From Candidatus Aminicenantes bacterium (GTDB taxonomy: Bacteria > Acidobacteriota > Aminicenantia > UBA2199), in assembly GCA_027318645.1 (NCBI GenBank), contig DAHVOV010000221.1, positions 1 to 49,482 on the forward strand: a DNA stretch of 49,482 nt, read 5' to 3'. Positions 17,342-27,379 of this stretch are shown here, in pieces. The notes under the pieces were generated by a model. It was not told where the DNA came from. It was given only the letters and a program-made list of their open reading frames with translations, and did no database searches. Numbering within the stretch: the stretch's first letter is position 1; each line of letters starts with the position of its first letter. The position numbers and the translations under genes are program-made.

Positions 17342-19105
17342 TCAGCCCTGCAGCAGCCCCGGATACGCCCTGTCGATCTCGGTCCTGAGAAGCTCCTCGA
17401 TCTCGGAGCGCGAGCCCAGGCGGTCCAGGCGGGCGACGATGCGCCGCAGCCGGGCAAGGTCGACGCGGGTGAAGACGCGCTTGATCTCGGCGATGGCCAG
17501 GGCGTTCATCGAGAAGCAGGTGAAGCCCAGCCCCAGCAGCATCAGCGCCGGCAGGCGCTGGCCGGCCATCTCGCCGCAGACGGTCACCTCCTTGCCGGCG
17601 CGGTCCACCTCCTGGCGGATCTCCTTCAGGATGTGGACGAAGGCCGGGTGGAAGGGGCTGTACAGGTGGGCGACGTCGGCGTTGTTGCGGTCGACGGCCA
17701 GCAGGTACTGGATCAGGTCGTTGCTGCCCACCGAGAAGAAGTCGACGTCGTCGCCCAGGTGGCGGATCAGGCGCACGGCGGCGGGGATCTCCAGCATGAT
17801 GCCCACCTTGACGTCCTTCTTGGGCAGCGTGCCGGCGCGCTGCAGCTCGCGCCGGGCCTCGGCCATGATCTCGCGGATGGCGCGCACCTCCTCGATCTCG
17901 GTGACCATGGGGAAGAGGATGCGGATGTTGCCGCTGGCGTTGGCGCGCAGCACGGCCTTGATCTGCACCTTGAAGGGCTCGCGCTCCTTGAGGAACAGGC
18001 GCACGGCCATCAGCCCCAGCGAGGGGTTGTCCTCGCGCCGCGGCCGCGTCGGGTCCGACTTGTCGCGGCCGAGGTCATAGGTGCGGATGACCAGCGGGTG
18101 CGGGTAGACGTTCTGGGCGATCTTCTTGTAGATGAGGCACTGCTCCTCCTCGGAGATGCTCATCTTGGAGTCGAGGTAGAGGAACTCGGTGCGGAACAGG
18201 CCGATGCCCTTGGCGCCGAACGACTGCACCACCTCGCTCTCGAAGGGCAGCTCGATGTTGGCGTAGAGGTGAAAGGGATGGCGGTCGCGGGTCAGCTCCG
18301 GCAGCTGGCTGAGGGCCTTCAGCTGCTCGCGGTACTGGCCGAACTGCTCGATCTTGCGGCCGATCTCCAGGGCGGCGTCGGGGGTGGGCTGGACGATGAC
18401 CTCTCCGGCGACCGAGTCCAGGGCCACGGTGTCGCCGCTGGCGATGAGCTCGGTGGCGTTCCCCGTGTCCAGGATGGCGGGGATGCCGAGGGTGCGGGCC
18501 AGGATGGCCGTGTGCGAGGTCTCGCCGCCCTTGTTCAGCACCAGGCCCAGCAGGCGGCGGTTGCTCATCAGCGTGGCCGCCTCGGAGGGGCTGATGTCGT
18601 CGGCCACCAGCACGTACTGGCCGGGAGGGGCGCCGGCGAGGGCGCCGGCGGCCGGCTTCGTTGCCGGGGCCCTGCGCAGGTTGGCGATCAGGCGGTTGAG
18701 CACGTCAGAGACGTCGTTGCCCTTGGACTTGAACGTGAGGTCGGGGATGGAGCGGAAGATCTCCTGGTAATGGCGCTCGACCAGGCGGATGGCCCACTCG
18801 GCCTTCACCAGCTTGGCGGAGATCGCCCCCTTGATCTCGTTGAGCAGCTGGCTGTCGGTGAGCAGCATCTGCTGGGCCTCGATGATGAAGGCGGCGTCCT
18901 TGCCCATGACCTTCTGCAGCCCGAGGTGGATCTTCTTCAGCTGGGCGCGCGACTTCTTGACGGCGTTCTCCAGGCGCCAGGTCTCGCGCTCCACCGCCCG
19001 CGGCGAAATGGGCTCGGCCAGGATCTCCTGGCGGGTGGTGTTGTGCAGCAGGGCGCGCCCCATGGCGATGCCGGGGGAGACCGCCTTGCCGGTGATGCGC
19101 CGCAT
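17342..19105 (-). CDS. ptsI: phosphoenolpyruvate-protein phosphotransferase (PTS enzyme I)
   Basis: GGETSHTAILARTLGIPA phospho-His motif and a C-terminal PEP-utilising domain (FFSVGSNDLIQY). No N-terminal GAF domain. Confidence 0.95.
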   Translation of the reverse strand: MRRITGKAVSPGIAMGRALLHNTTRQEILAEPISPRAVERETWRLENAVKKSRAQLKKIHLGLQKVMGKDAAFIIEAQQMLLTDSQLLNEIKGAISAKLVKAEWAIRLVERHYQEIFRSIPDLTFKSKGNDVSDVLNRLIANLRRAPATKPAAGALAGAPPGQYVLVADDISPSEAATLMSNRRLLGLVLNKGGETSHTAILARTLGIPAILDTGNATELIASGDTVALDSVAGEVIVQPTPDAALEIGRKIEQFGQYREQLKALSQLPELTRDRHPFHLYANIELPFESEVVQSFGAKGIGLFRTEFLYLDSKMSISEEEQCLIYKKIAQNVYPHPLVIRTYDLGRDKSDPTRPRREDNPSLGLMAVRLFLKEREPFKVQIKAVLRANASGNIRILFPMVTEIEEVRAIREIMAEARRELQRAGTLPKKDVKVGIMLEIPAAVRLIRHLGDDVDFFSVGSNDLIQYLLAVDRNNADVAHLYSPFHPAFVHILKEIRQEVDRAGKEVTVCGEMAGQRLPALMLLGLGFTCFSMNALAIAEIKRVFTRVDLARLRRIVARLDRLGSRSEIEELLRTEIDRAYPGLLQG

Positions 19106-19374
19106 CAGATCTCTTCGTCGAACTTGCGGTCGAACAGGTCGCCGATGGCCTGGATGGCCTCCTTCTCGTCGGCGCCGGCGGCCTGCAGGATGATCTCGTT
19201 GCCCACCGAGGCGGCCAGGGTCAGGATGCCCAGCAGGCTCTTGGCGTTGACCTTGTCCTCGTTGAAGATGAGGTAGATGTCGGCGCTGAACATGTTGGCC
19301 AGGTGGGACAGCTTGGCGGCGGCCCGGGCGTGCAGCCCCAGCTTGTTGAATATCTGCTGCTTCTTCTCGATCAT
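19105..19374 (-). CDS. ptsH: phosphocarrier protein HPr/NPr
   Basis: 89 aa with GLHARAAAKL (His15 region) and KSLLGILTL (Ser46 region). Stop and start overlap ptsI (ATGA). Confidence 0.9.
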   Translation of the reverse strand: MIEKKQQIFNKLGLHARAAAKLSHLANMFSADIYLIFNEDKVNAKSLLGILTLAASVGNEIILQAAGADEKEAIQAIGDLFDRKFDEEI

Positions 19375-19772
19375 TTTTTTTCTCCTAGGTATTCGCTGAT
19401 GATGTTGATCCCGTTCTTGGCTTCCTGCTCCACCTTCTTGACCATCTGGCGGAAGGCGCCGTTGGGCTCGTCGCAGCAGAAGAACTTCAGCAGCCCCGGC
19501 AGGTTGATGCCCGAGATCACCTCGACGTTGGGCCCGATGAAGCGCGTGGACACGTTCGAAGGCGAGCCGCCGAACATGTCGGTGAAGATGACGACCTTGT
19601 GGCCGGCCTGGCGGGCGATGAACGCCTCCAGCTGGCGGATCATGGCGCTGCCGTCGCCCTGCCAGTCGAAGGCGATGACCTCGATGTCCAGCTTCTGCTC
19701 CAATATCTTCTCGGCAACCTGCACCAGCTCGCGGCCCAGGCTGCCGTGGGTGATGATGACGCTCTTGATCAT
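19371..19772 (-). CDS. PTS EIIA component, mannose/fructose family
   Basis: MIKSVIITHGSLG (His10 region) and VVIFTDMFGGSPSN motifs. Confidence 0.85.
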   Translation of the reverse strand: MIKSVIITHGSLGRELVQVAEKILEQKLDIEVIAFDWQGDGSAMIRQLEAFIARQAGHKVVIFTDMFGGSPSNVSTRFIGPNVEVISGINLPGLLKFFCCDEPNGAFRQMVKKVEQEAKNGINIISEYLGEKK

Positions 19773-20749
19773 GTCGTGCTGTCCCCCTTAGGCGGCTCCT
19801 CGGTCACGGAGGCGGCGCCCGGCGCCGCCGGCGCGGTGGAGCCGCGCGACTCCAGGTAGGTCAGGCGGCCGGCCTTCTTGGCCAGGAAATTCCGCAGCGC
19901 CACCTCGATGATGGTCGACAGGTTGCGGCCCGGCCCCACCGGCAGGTTGATCAGCGGCACCTCCAGGCCGAGGATCTTGAAGTAGAGGTTGTCCTCGCCC
20001 AGGCGGTCGTATTTCTTCTTGGGGTCCCACTTCTCCAGGTTGATGACCAGGTTGAGCCTCTTCTCGTCGAGCACGGCCGAGGCGCCGAAGATGTCGTTGA
20101 CGTTGATGATGCCCAGGCCGCGCACCTCCATCAGGTTCTTGATGACCTCGTTGGCGCGGCCGACCAGCTCGTCGTTGGAGTCGATGTAGAACTCGGCGAC
20201 GTCGTCGGCGATCAGCTGGTAGCCCTTGTTGACCAGCTCTAGGGCCGTCTCGCTCTTGCCGATGCCCGAGGCGCCGGTGATCAGCACCCCCTGGCCCATG
20301 ATGTCCATCAACACGCCGTTCATCTTGATGGTCTTGGAAAAGTACTGGTACAGGTAGGCGTTGAGGCGCGAGATGAGCGGCGCCGTGTGCAGCTCCGACA
20401 CCAGCAGCGGCGTGTTGTGGCGGGCGGCGGCGGCGATCCAGTCGGCCTCGGGCTCGATGCTCTCGGCGACGATCACCCCCGGCAGCCGCAGGGCGAAATA
20501 GTTGCGCAGGCAGCGGCCGCGCTCGTCGTCCTTCAGGCTGGCCAGGTAGCCGGCCTCGGTCTTGCCGAAGATCTGGATGCGGCCGGCATGGATGTGCTTG
20601 AGGTAGCCGCTCAGGCCCAGCCCCGGCCGCTGCGGCCGCGGGTGGCTGACCAGGTTGGCCAGGCCCTTCTCGTTGAAGACGCGCACGATCTTCAGCGGCG
20701 CCAGGGCGCTCACCTGGGAGAGCTGGATCCCCTTGACCTCCTTGGACAT
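19769..20749 (-). CDS. hprK: HPr kinase/phosphorylase
   Basis: GVLITGASGIGKSETALELV P-loop and LIADD. It has an unusual Pro/Ala-rich C-terminal tail of about 25 aa. Confidence 0.9.
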   Translation of the reverse strand: MSKEVKGIQLSQVSALAPLKIVRVFNEKGLANLVSHPRPQRPGLGLSGYLKHIHAGRIQIFGKTEAGYLASLKDDERGRCLRNYFALRLPGVIVAESIEPEADWIAAAARHNTPLLVSELHTAPLISRLNAYLYQYFSKTIKMNGVLMDIMGQGVLITGASGIGKSETALELVNKGYQLIADDVAEFYIDSNDELVGRANEVIKNLMEVRGLGIINVNDIFGASAVLDEKRLNLVINLEKWDPKKKYDRLGEDNLYFKILGLEVPLINLPVGPGRNLSTIIEVALRNFLAKKAGRLTYLESRGSTAPAAPGAASVTEEPPKGDSTT

Positions 20750-20765
20750 GGGCGGCCTCCCGGGG

Positions 20766-21335
20766 CTAGAGATTGGGCTCGATCAGCGAGATGCCGCCCT
20801 GGGCGTTGCGGAACACGGCGGCCAGGCGGTTGGTCTCGGAGTTGACGAACATGTAGCCGGTCTCGCCGCTCTCGCCCAGGTAGAACACGGCCTCCTCGAC
20901 GGTCAGCGTCTTGCGCGAGTAGTTGTCGGAGATCATGATGGCCCCCTCGCGCGGCTCGCCGGCGTCGTCGCGCGGCGCGCGCTCGCGCCGCGGGGCGGCG
21001 GCGATGCCCACCGTGGCCATGGAGATGCCCTTGGCCCCGGCGCGCTTCTTGCTTTCCTTGATCTTCTCCTTGCTGCGCTTGGCCTGGGCGCGCAGGGTGG
21101 CCAGGGCGCCGCGCAGGGCCTGCTTCAGGATCTTGTCGCGGTGCTCCGCGTGGAACGAGTCCAGGCGCGTCTTCAGGGACAGCTCCACCTTGAATGAGAG
21201 TTTTTCTTCGTTGACGACCACCTCGGCGTCGATGATCTCGCCGGCGATCTTCTCGATGTCGGCCAGGTGCTGCTCCACGAAGGCCTTCAGGGCGCCCGGC
21301 ATCTTGACATTCTTGTGCACGAAGTTAATGCTCAT
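20766..21335 (-). CDS. hpf: ribosome hibernation-promoting factor (long HPF)
   Basis: N-terminal sigma-54-modulation/RaiA fold sequence, a basic linker and a C-terminal dimerisation domain (LTVEEAVFYL...MFVNSETN). Confidence 0.9.
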   Translation of the reverse strand: MSINFVHKNVKMPGALKAFVEQHLADIEKIAGEIIDAEVVVNEEKLSFKVELSLKTRLDSFHAEHRDKILKQALRGALATLRAQAKRSKEKIKESKKRAGAKGISMATVGIAAAPRRERAPRDDAGEPREGAIMISDNYSRKTLTVEEAVFYLGESGETGYMFVNSETNRLAAVFRNAQGGISLIEPNL

Positions 21336-22728
21336 TTTGGACTCCTTTGATTTTATTTTCCTTTTTGCGGACGAAGGAGCTCGCGATCTTCATCTCCTCG
21401 CGGTAGTTGCGCACCGTGCGCCGGGCGATGCGGATGCCCAGCGCGGCCAGGCGCGAGGCGATCTCGTCGTCGGCCAGCGGCTTGTCCGGCGGCTCGGCGG
21501 CGACCAGCTCGCGGATCTTGTCCTTGATGGTGCCCACGGCGTGGGAGAAGCCGAAGTCGCCCTTCAGTCCGTAGCTGAAGAAGGACTTGAGCGGGATGAC
21601 CCCCTTCTCCCAGGTCATGAACTTGTTGCTGACGGCGCGCGACACCGTCGACTCGTTCAGCCCCACCTCGCGGGCCACGTCCTTCATGGTCAGGGGCTTC
21701 TTCCACTTCTCGCCGAAGTCCAGGAAGTCCTTCTGCGCCTTGACCAGGAACTCGGCGATGCGCAGGATGGTCTTCTTGCGCAGCTCGATGCTCTCGATGA
21801 AGAACTGGGCGTCGCGCCAGCGGTTGCGCAGGTAGGCCGTGGTCGGCTTGTCGGGCGCCTTGTCCAGCATGTCGTGGTAGTACTGGGACAGGGTCAGGCG
21901 CGGCAGCCCCTCGTCGAGGTAGACGACGCGGTACTCGCCGTTCTCCTTGATCAGCATCAGGTCGACGGCGGCGTACTCCACCTCGCCGCGGTCGAAGGCC
22001 TCGGCCGGGCGCGGGTTCAGGCGCTTCAGCCGCGCCGCCAGGCGCAGCACCTCCTCGACGGTGACGCCCATGCGCTTGGCGATGGCCTCGTGGTTGGCCC
22101 GCGACAGGTCCTCGAGATGGTCCTGGACCAGCCGGCGCAGCGTCTCCTCCTCGGGCCCCTCGCCGACCTGGGCCAGCAGGCACTCGGTGAGCGTCTGGCT
22201 GGCGCAGCCGGGCGGGTCGAAGCGGGTGATCAGCCGGCGCACGCGCTCGATCTCCTCCGGCGTGGTGCCGATCAGCGAGGCGATGGACGCGATCTCGATC
22301 TTCAGGTAGCCGTCGGCGTCCAGGTTGTAGATGACCTGGCGGGCGATCTCGATCTCCTCCTCGCGGTCGAAGCCGGCGCGGGCCTGCTCCAGCAGGTGGT
22401 CGGCCAGGCTGACGCTGGAGGGGGTCAGCACCTCCAGGGCGCGGTTCTTGTCCATGCTGTCGGGGTCGCGGCGGAAGAAGCCCTGGTCCTCGTAGGGGGT
22501 CATGAAGGAGGCGTCGGCGCGGTCGATGCGCTTCGTGATGTCGTTGGCCTCCTCCTCGCGCGGCTCCGGCTCGCTGGTCTCGATCTCCAGCATGGGGTTG
22601 GACTCGGCCTCGTTCTGCAGCGTCTCGGCCAGCTCGAGGTGGTTGTCGGCCAGGAGCTGGATGAAGTAGTGCATCACCGGGGTGATGGTCAGCTGCTGCG
22701 TGCCCTTGAGCTGCATCTTAATGGTCAT
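21325..22728 (-). CDS. rpoN: RNA polymerase sigma-54 factor
   Basis: C-terminal RpoN box ARRTVRNYREEM, the HTH LTMKDVAREVGLNESTVSRAV and an acidic region II. Confidence 0.95.
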   Translation of the reverse strand: MTIKMQLKGTQQLTITPVMHYFIQLLADNHLELAETLQNEAESNPMLEIETSEPEPREEEANDITKRIDRADASFMTPYEDQGFFRRDPDSMDKNRALEVLTPSSVSLADHLLEQARAGFDREEEIEIARQVIYNLDADGYLKIEIASIASLIGTTPEEIERVRRLITRFDPPGCASQTLTECLLAQVGEGPEEETLRRLVQDHLEDLSRANHEAIAKRMGVTVEEVLRLAARLKRLNPRPAEAFDRGEVEYAAVDLMLIKENGEYRVVYLDEGLPRLTLSQYYHDMLDKAPDKPTTAYLRNRWRDAQFFIESIELRKKTILRIAEFLVKAQKDFLDFGEKWKKPLTMKDVAREVGLNESTVSRAVSNKFMTWEKGVIPLKSFFSYGLKGDFGFSHAVGTIKDKIRELVAAEPPDKPLADDEIASRLAALGIRIARRTVRNYREEMKIASSFVRKKENKIKGVQNEH

Positions 22729-22731
22729 GGC

Positions 22732-23448
<717 letters not shown>

Positions 23449-23478
23449 GTCGTGATTCGCGACCGGAATCGTGAGTTT

Positions 23479-23507
23479 ATGATAGCATCCCGGGAAGCAG
23501 GTGTCAA
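23479..23507 (-). promoter_or_regulatory. sigma-70-type promoter candidate for lptB-rpoN, with the -35 box inside a repeat unit
   Basis: On the minus strand, TTGACA (23502-23507)-17 nt-TATCAT (23479-23484). The -35 hexamer is part of the conserved aggtgtcaaaag repeat lead-in. Confidence 0.45.
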
Positions 23508-23822
23508 AAGAAAGGAGCTCAGTGACGAGTGACAAGTGACAAGTGACAAGGAGCCGCAATGATATGAAAGAATGCAGCTCAGTGACAAGTGACCCGTGAC
23601 GTGTGACGAGGAAGGTAACAGGCCCCAGAACGAATTCTGAAAGCAGGTGTCAGAACTATCGATCGTAAAAAATGCGGCTACTCGTCACTCGTTACTCGTC
23701 ACAGGTGTCAAAAGAAAGGAGCTAAGTGACGAGTGACAAGTGACAAGTGACAAGGAAGAAAACAGCAAGAGGTCGGGTTCTTGCGGTTTCTCGTCACTCG
23801 TTACTCGTTACTTGTCACTTAG
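23499..23822. repeat. cluster of three GTGACRA heptad units, including a 53-bp direct repeat and two hairpins
   Basis: 23499-23551 and 23703-23755 are identical except at one base. Left arms run ctcagtgacgagtgacaagtgacaagtgacaagg. Right arms are ctcgtcactcgttactcgtcac (23681-23702) and ctcgtcactcgttactcgttacttgtcacttag (23790-23822). Confidence 0.9.
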
Positions 23823-23827
23823 TTCTG

Positions 23828-24229
23828 CTAGTTCTCGGCTTTTGTGCCGATGATGAGCTTCTTGACGCCGCCGCGGCGGGCCAGGTCCATGATGCGCACC
23901 ACCAGGCCGTGGGAGACCTCCTGGTCGGCCTTGAGCACCAGCGCCGCGTCCTTCATCCGCGGCAGGGCGTCGCGCACCGCCGCCTCGAGGCCCTCCAGGC
24001 CCACCGCCTGGCGGTTCAGGAACAGCTCGCCGCCGCGGCCGAAGGTCAGGACGTACTCCCGGGGCTCGCCGACGGCCTCGGCCCTGGCCTTGGGCAGCTC
24101 CAGCTTGATCCCCGGCTGCTCCAGGAAGGTGGAGCTGATCATGAAGAAGAGCAGCAGCATGAAGATGACGTCGATCAGCGAGGTGATGTTGATGAACGCC
24201 CGCCGCCGCGGCCGCGTCTGCAGGCGCAC
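23828..24229 (-). CDS. exbD: biopolymer transport protein ExbD/TolR
   Basis: INITSLIDVIFMLLLFFMISSTF transmembrane helix and a periplasmic domain pattern. Confidence 0.85.
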   Translation of the reverse strand: MRLQTRPRRRAFINITSLIDVIFMLLLFFMISSTFLEQPGIKLELPKARAEAVGEPREYVLTFGRGGELFLNRQAVGLEGLEAAVRDALPRMKDAALVLKADQEVSHGLVVRIMDLARRGGVKKLIIGTKAEN

Positions 24230-24230
24230 G

Positions 24231-24860
24231 TCATTCCCCCGCGCCCGCCTGCAGGGCGTGGATCTTGTTCAGCAGGCGGTTGGAGTGGTTCTCCATCTCC
24301 AGGACCAGCGACTCGGTCCGGTCCGAGTAATAATTGTAGGCCACCAGCGCGGGAATGCCGATGAACAGGCCGGCGATGGTGGTGATGAGCGCCTCGGAGA
24401 TGCCGCCGGCCAGCGCCGTCGCCTGGCCGACGCCCATCACCGAGATGACCTTGAAGACCTTCAGGATGCCCAGCACCGTGCCCAGCAGGCCGAGAAGCGG
24501 GGCGATGCCGGCGACCGTCTCCAGCACCCCCAGGCCGCGGCCCAGCCGGTGCACCTCCTGCCGGCCCTGGTCGCCGAGCGACTCCTTGAGCTCCTCGCGG
24601 GGCAGGGCGCGGTTCTCCAGCGCCAGGCGGGCGATGTTGGCGAAGGAGCCGCGGTTCTTCTCGCAGACGGCGAGGGCCAGGGCGAAGTCGCCGGCCCCCT
24701 TGACGTTGTCCAGCACGCTGACCACCTCGGGGACGATGATGCGCCGCCGGCGCAGCGTGACCGCCTTCTCGATCACCACCGCCAGGGCGGTGACCGAGCA
24801 CAGGAAGAGGGGGATCATGATGATGCCGCCCTTGACCAGGAAATCCAGGATGTTCTTCAT
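24231..24860 (-). CDS. exbB: MotA/TolQ/ExbB proton-channel protein
   Basis: APLLGLLGTVLGILKVF and ALITTIAGL motifs. Confidence 0.85.
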   Translation of the reverse strand: MKNILDFLVKGGIIMIPLFLCSVTALAVVIEKAVTLRRRRIIVPEVVSVLDNVKGAGDFALALAVCEKNRGSFANIARLALENRALPREELKESLGDQGRQEVHRLGRGLGVLETVAGIAPLLGLLGTVLGILKVFKVISVMGVGQATALAGGISEALITTIAGLFIGIPALVAYNYYSDRTESLVLEMENHSNRLLNKIHALQAGAGE

Positions 24861-24872
24861 GGGGCTCCTCTC

Positions 24873-25808
24873 TTAGCGTCGCACGAAATAGGTGAAGCGC
24901 GCGGTCACTTCCAGGTAGGGCTTGGGGAAGTCGGCCGGCAGGGCGGGAAAGGGGGCCGAGATGGTGATGGCCGAGCGGCTGGTCTCCATCAGCGTGCGGT
25001 GGCCGCTGTAGCCCAGCAGCTCCAGGTCGGCCAGCCGGCCGTCGGGGTAGATCTTGAAGCGCAGCTGCGTGTCGCCGTCGATCATGCCCAGCATGCTGTA
25101 GGCCAGGGGCGGGAAGATGTTGCCGCCGATGCGCCGCTTCAGGGCCAGCATGTAGGGGGCGAAGTCCCAGTCGTAGGTGTTGAACGAGAGGCCGCCCGCC
25201 TCGCCGGCGCGCCCCTCCAGCTGGCGGTGCGGCACCTCGGGCAGGTCGAAGCGGAAGGGGCGGCCGGGCGGCTGGGCCGGCTTGCCCCCCGGCGGGGCGG
25301 CCTGGCCGGAAGGATCGAAACTCAGGTCGGGGGCCTCGCTCTCGCGGCCCGGCTCGGGGCTGCGGCGCTCCGGCTCCGGACGCTCCCGCCGCTCAGGGGA
25401 GGGAGGCGGGACGGGGATGTTGTGGGTCGGCAGGTCGCCGCGGGAGAAGGGGACGCCGGTCACGGGCAGCCCCGGGGCCGGCTCTTGGTCGCGGGCCAGG
25501 GCGTTCTTGTCGGAGAGGAAATCGGCGTCGCGCGGCGCTTTCGCGGTGCGGGCGTCGTCCGGGGTGGCGATCACCTCGCGGGGCATGTCGGGCGGCTGCA
25601 GGTCGAAGACCAGGGGCGCGGCCTTCGCCGGCGCGGCGGCGGCCACCGGCAGCAGCGCCGCCCAGTCGAGCACCAGCATGGAGTTCCAGAGGGAGAGCAC
25701 GAGCACGTGCAGCAGGATGGAGAGAACGACGATCCGCCGCCGGGTCCGGCCCTCGGCGGCGCGATCATCTCGTCCTGTCGGTTCTTTCGCCCGCATGAGC
25801 TTCAACAT
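24873..25808 (-). CDS. TonB-family energy transducer
   Basis: N-terminal anchor helix, a Pro/Glu/Arg-rich spacer and a C-terminal TonB_C-like fold (QLRFKIYPDGRLADLELL...). First gene of the tonB-exbB-exbD operon. Confidence 0.75.
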   Translation of the reverse strand: MLKLMRAKEPTGRDDRAAEGRTRRRIVVLSILLHVLVLSLWNSMLVLDWAALLPVAAAAPAKAAPLVFDLQPPDMPREVIATPDDARTAKAPRDADFLSDKNALARDQEPAPGLPVTGVPFSRGDLPTHNIPVPPPSPERRERPEPERRSPEPGRESEAPDLSFDPSGQAAPPGGKPAQPPGRPFRFDLPEVPHRQLEGRAGEAGGLSFNTYDWDFAPYMLALKRRIGGNIFPPLAYSMLGMIDGDTQLRFKIYPDGRLADLELLGYSGHRTLMETSRSAITISAPFPALPADFPKPYLEVTARFTYFVRR

Positions 25809-25830
25809 GGGATGGGGTGGTTTCTTGCAT

Positions 25831-25860
25831 ACTGTACCATATAAGACGGCCGGGTGTCGA
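25831..25860 (-). promoter_or_regulatory. weak sigma-70-type promoter candidate for tonB-exbBD
   Basis: On the minus strand, TCGACA-18 nt-TACAGT, about 23 nt upstream of ATG 25808. Confidence 0.3.
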
Positions 25861-25877
25861 TGAGAGTTGCAGCGAGG

Positions 25878-26036
25878 CCAGGGTGACGAGTGACAAGTGA
25901 CGAGTGACGAGAAAAGCCGGGAAACGATCTCAGGGAAGGCAGAGGGAAGAAAGAGGGGAAGATACAGGGAGGAGTGAGTGGGAAAGGCTCTTTCCCACTT
26001 TTTCTTCCCTCTGCCTTCGCTCTCTCTTCCCTTGAG
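25878..26036. repeat. GTGACRA array followed by a GGGAAGA-family hairpin (divergent promoter region)
   Basis: ccagggtgacgagtgacaagtgacgagtgacgagaaaagcc (25878-25918), then the hairpin 25929-25987 / 25988-26036. Confidence 0.85.
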
Positions 26037-26047
26037 CCCTGCAAGAT

Positions 26048-26076
26048 TTGGCTATTCGTTTGATTTATACTATAAT
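26048..26076 (+). promoter_or_regulatory. sigma-70-type promoter candidate for the lipoprotein gene
   Basis: TTGGCT-17 nt-TATAAT, with a GAGAGGAG RBS at 26091-26098. Confidence 0.45.
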
Positions 26077-26106
26077 ATTGCCTTCCACCTGAGAGGAGCC
26101 TAGCCC

Positions 26107-26691
26107 ATGAAGCGAACACTCGGCCTTCTGTTGACCGCCTGCATCATGCTGCTGCCGCTGGCCGGCTGCAAGTTCCTCAAGCACCCCGAGTACAGCCTGC
26201 AGATCATCCTCGAGGACGGCATCTGGGGCATCCCGTCGGAGGGCACCTACACCCACTACGACCTGGACGAGGTCGAGTACTCGTACGGGGCGACCGACAC
26301 CCGCGAGACGGTCGAGGTCCTGGTCGACAACGGCGCCGAGGACTCCAGCTCCTCCATCACCATCTACCACGACACGGTGCTCTACGCCCGCCTGTTCGAT
26401 CCCCGCGGCCCCTGGTACGTGACGTCGACCGACTCGGCCAGCAAGTCCACGAACTTCGACCTGATGCTGGCGGGCGCTGACCGCCTCGCGGGAACGTTCC
26501 TCGACAGCCGCGGCTACCAGGGGACCTGGACCGCCAAGGGCGGCAAGATCACGCTGACCTACGGCAACCTGGAAAAATACGTCTATAGCGGCGATATCCC
26601 CGGCATGGGCGGAACCTGGGCCAACGGCACCGCCGTGGGCACCTGGAGCACGAACCGCGGCGACGCGGACAGCTTCCGCTGGAAGAAGTAG
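26107..26691 (+). CDS. hypothetical lipoprotein
   Basis: Lipobox LLPLAGC with GAGAGGAG upstream of the ATG. No family recognised. Confidence 0.65.
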   Translation: MKRTLGLLLTACIMLLPLAGCKFLKHPEYSLQIILEDGIWGIPSEGTYTHYDLDEVEYSYGATDTRETVEVLVDNGAEDSSSSITIYHDTVLYARLFDPRGPWYVTSTDSASKSTNFDLMLAGADRLAGTFLDSRGYQGTWTAKGGKITLTYGNLEKYVYSGDIPGMGGTWANGTAVGTWSTNRGDADSFRWKK

Positions 26692-26718
26692 ATCAGAACA
26701 GCGAAGCGGATCCTTGGC

Positions 26719-26859
26719 AAGGTAAAAGGAAAAAGGTAAAAGGTAAAAGTAAGACTGCGGGCAATGGCTCGCAGGTTTGCATCCGGTTCACGCGATTCGT
26801 TCCCGAACATTTCGTGCTGTGGCTTTCACTTTTTCCTTTTACCTTTTTACTTTATCCTT
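26719..26859. repeat. GGTAAAA heptad hairpin
   Basis: aaggtaaaaggaaaaaggtaaaaggtaaaagtaag, a loop starting actgcgggcaat and ending gtggctttc, then actttttccttttacctttttactttatcctt. Confidence 0.85.
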
Positions 26860-26869
26860 ATTAGAGTAG

Positions 26870-26916
26870 TTGTTTTTTCTCTGTGGCGGTATTATAATTG
26901 GCATATGCTAATAATA
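26870..26916 (+). promoter_or_regulatory. promoter candidate plus a 24-bp imperfect palindrome upstream of the DUF134 gene
   Basis: TTGTTT-17 nt-TATAAT (26893-26898). The palindrome TATAATTG-GCATATGC-TAATAATA (26893-26916) overlaps the -10 box. Confidence 0.4.
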
Positions 26917-26926
26917 GAAGCTGCTC

Positions 26927-27379
26927 ATGCCTAGGCCCTGCAAGTGCCGGCGGGTGGGATTCGTGCCCGACGCCGTGTTCTTCAAGCCGGCCGGGATCCC
27001 CGCCAAGGACCTGCCGGAAGTGGCCCTGGCCCTGGACGAGCTCGAGGCATTGCGCCTGGCCGACCTGGAGGGCTTGTACCACGAGCAGGCCGCCGCCCGC
27101 ATGGGCGTGTCGCGCCAGACCTTCGGCAACGTCGTGGCCGCCGCCCGGCGCAAGGCCGCCGACTGCCTGGTGAACGGCAAGGTGCTGCGCATCGCCGGCG
27201 GCACCGTGCAGGCCGGGGAGCGCGAATTCGTCTGCGGCTCCTGCCGCCACCGCTGGCTACAGGACGCCGGCGGGCCCTGGCCCGCCCATTGCCCCATCTG
27301 CCGCCGCGGCGCCGGCCGTTTCGGCCAGGGGCGGCGTGGTCATGATCGCCGCAATCCAACGCAAGGAGAAATAAAATGA
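26927..27379 (+). CDS. DUF134 (UPF0251) putative DNA-binding protein with a C-terminal zinc ribbon
   Basis: MPRPCKCRRV...FKPAGIP...LDELEALRLADLEGL...AAARMGVSRQTF is the DUF134 signature. C-terminal CGSC...CPIC. Confidence 0.8.
   Translation: MPRPCKCRRVGFVPDAVFFKPAGIPAKDLPEVALALDELEALRLADLEGLYHEQAAARMGVSRQTFGNVVAAARRKAADCLVNGKVLRIAGGTVQAGEREFVCGSCRHRWLQDAGGPWPAHCPICRRGAGRFGQGRRGHDRRNPTQGEIK

Noticed and set aside
23499-23822. Possible CRISPR array, here and at the other tandem-array loci
   Set aside because: The units are only 6-11 nt and directly abut each other, with no 25-40-nt unique spacers. The arrays have 3-5 units and no cas genes are present.
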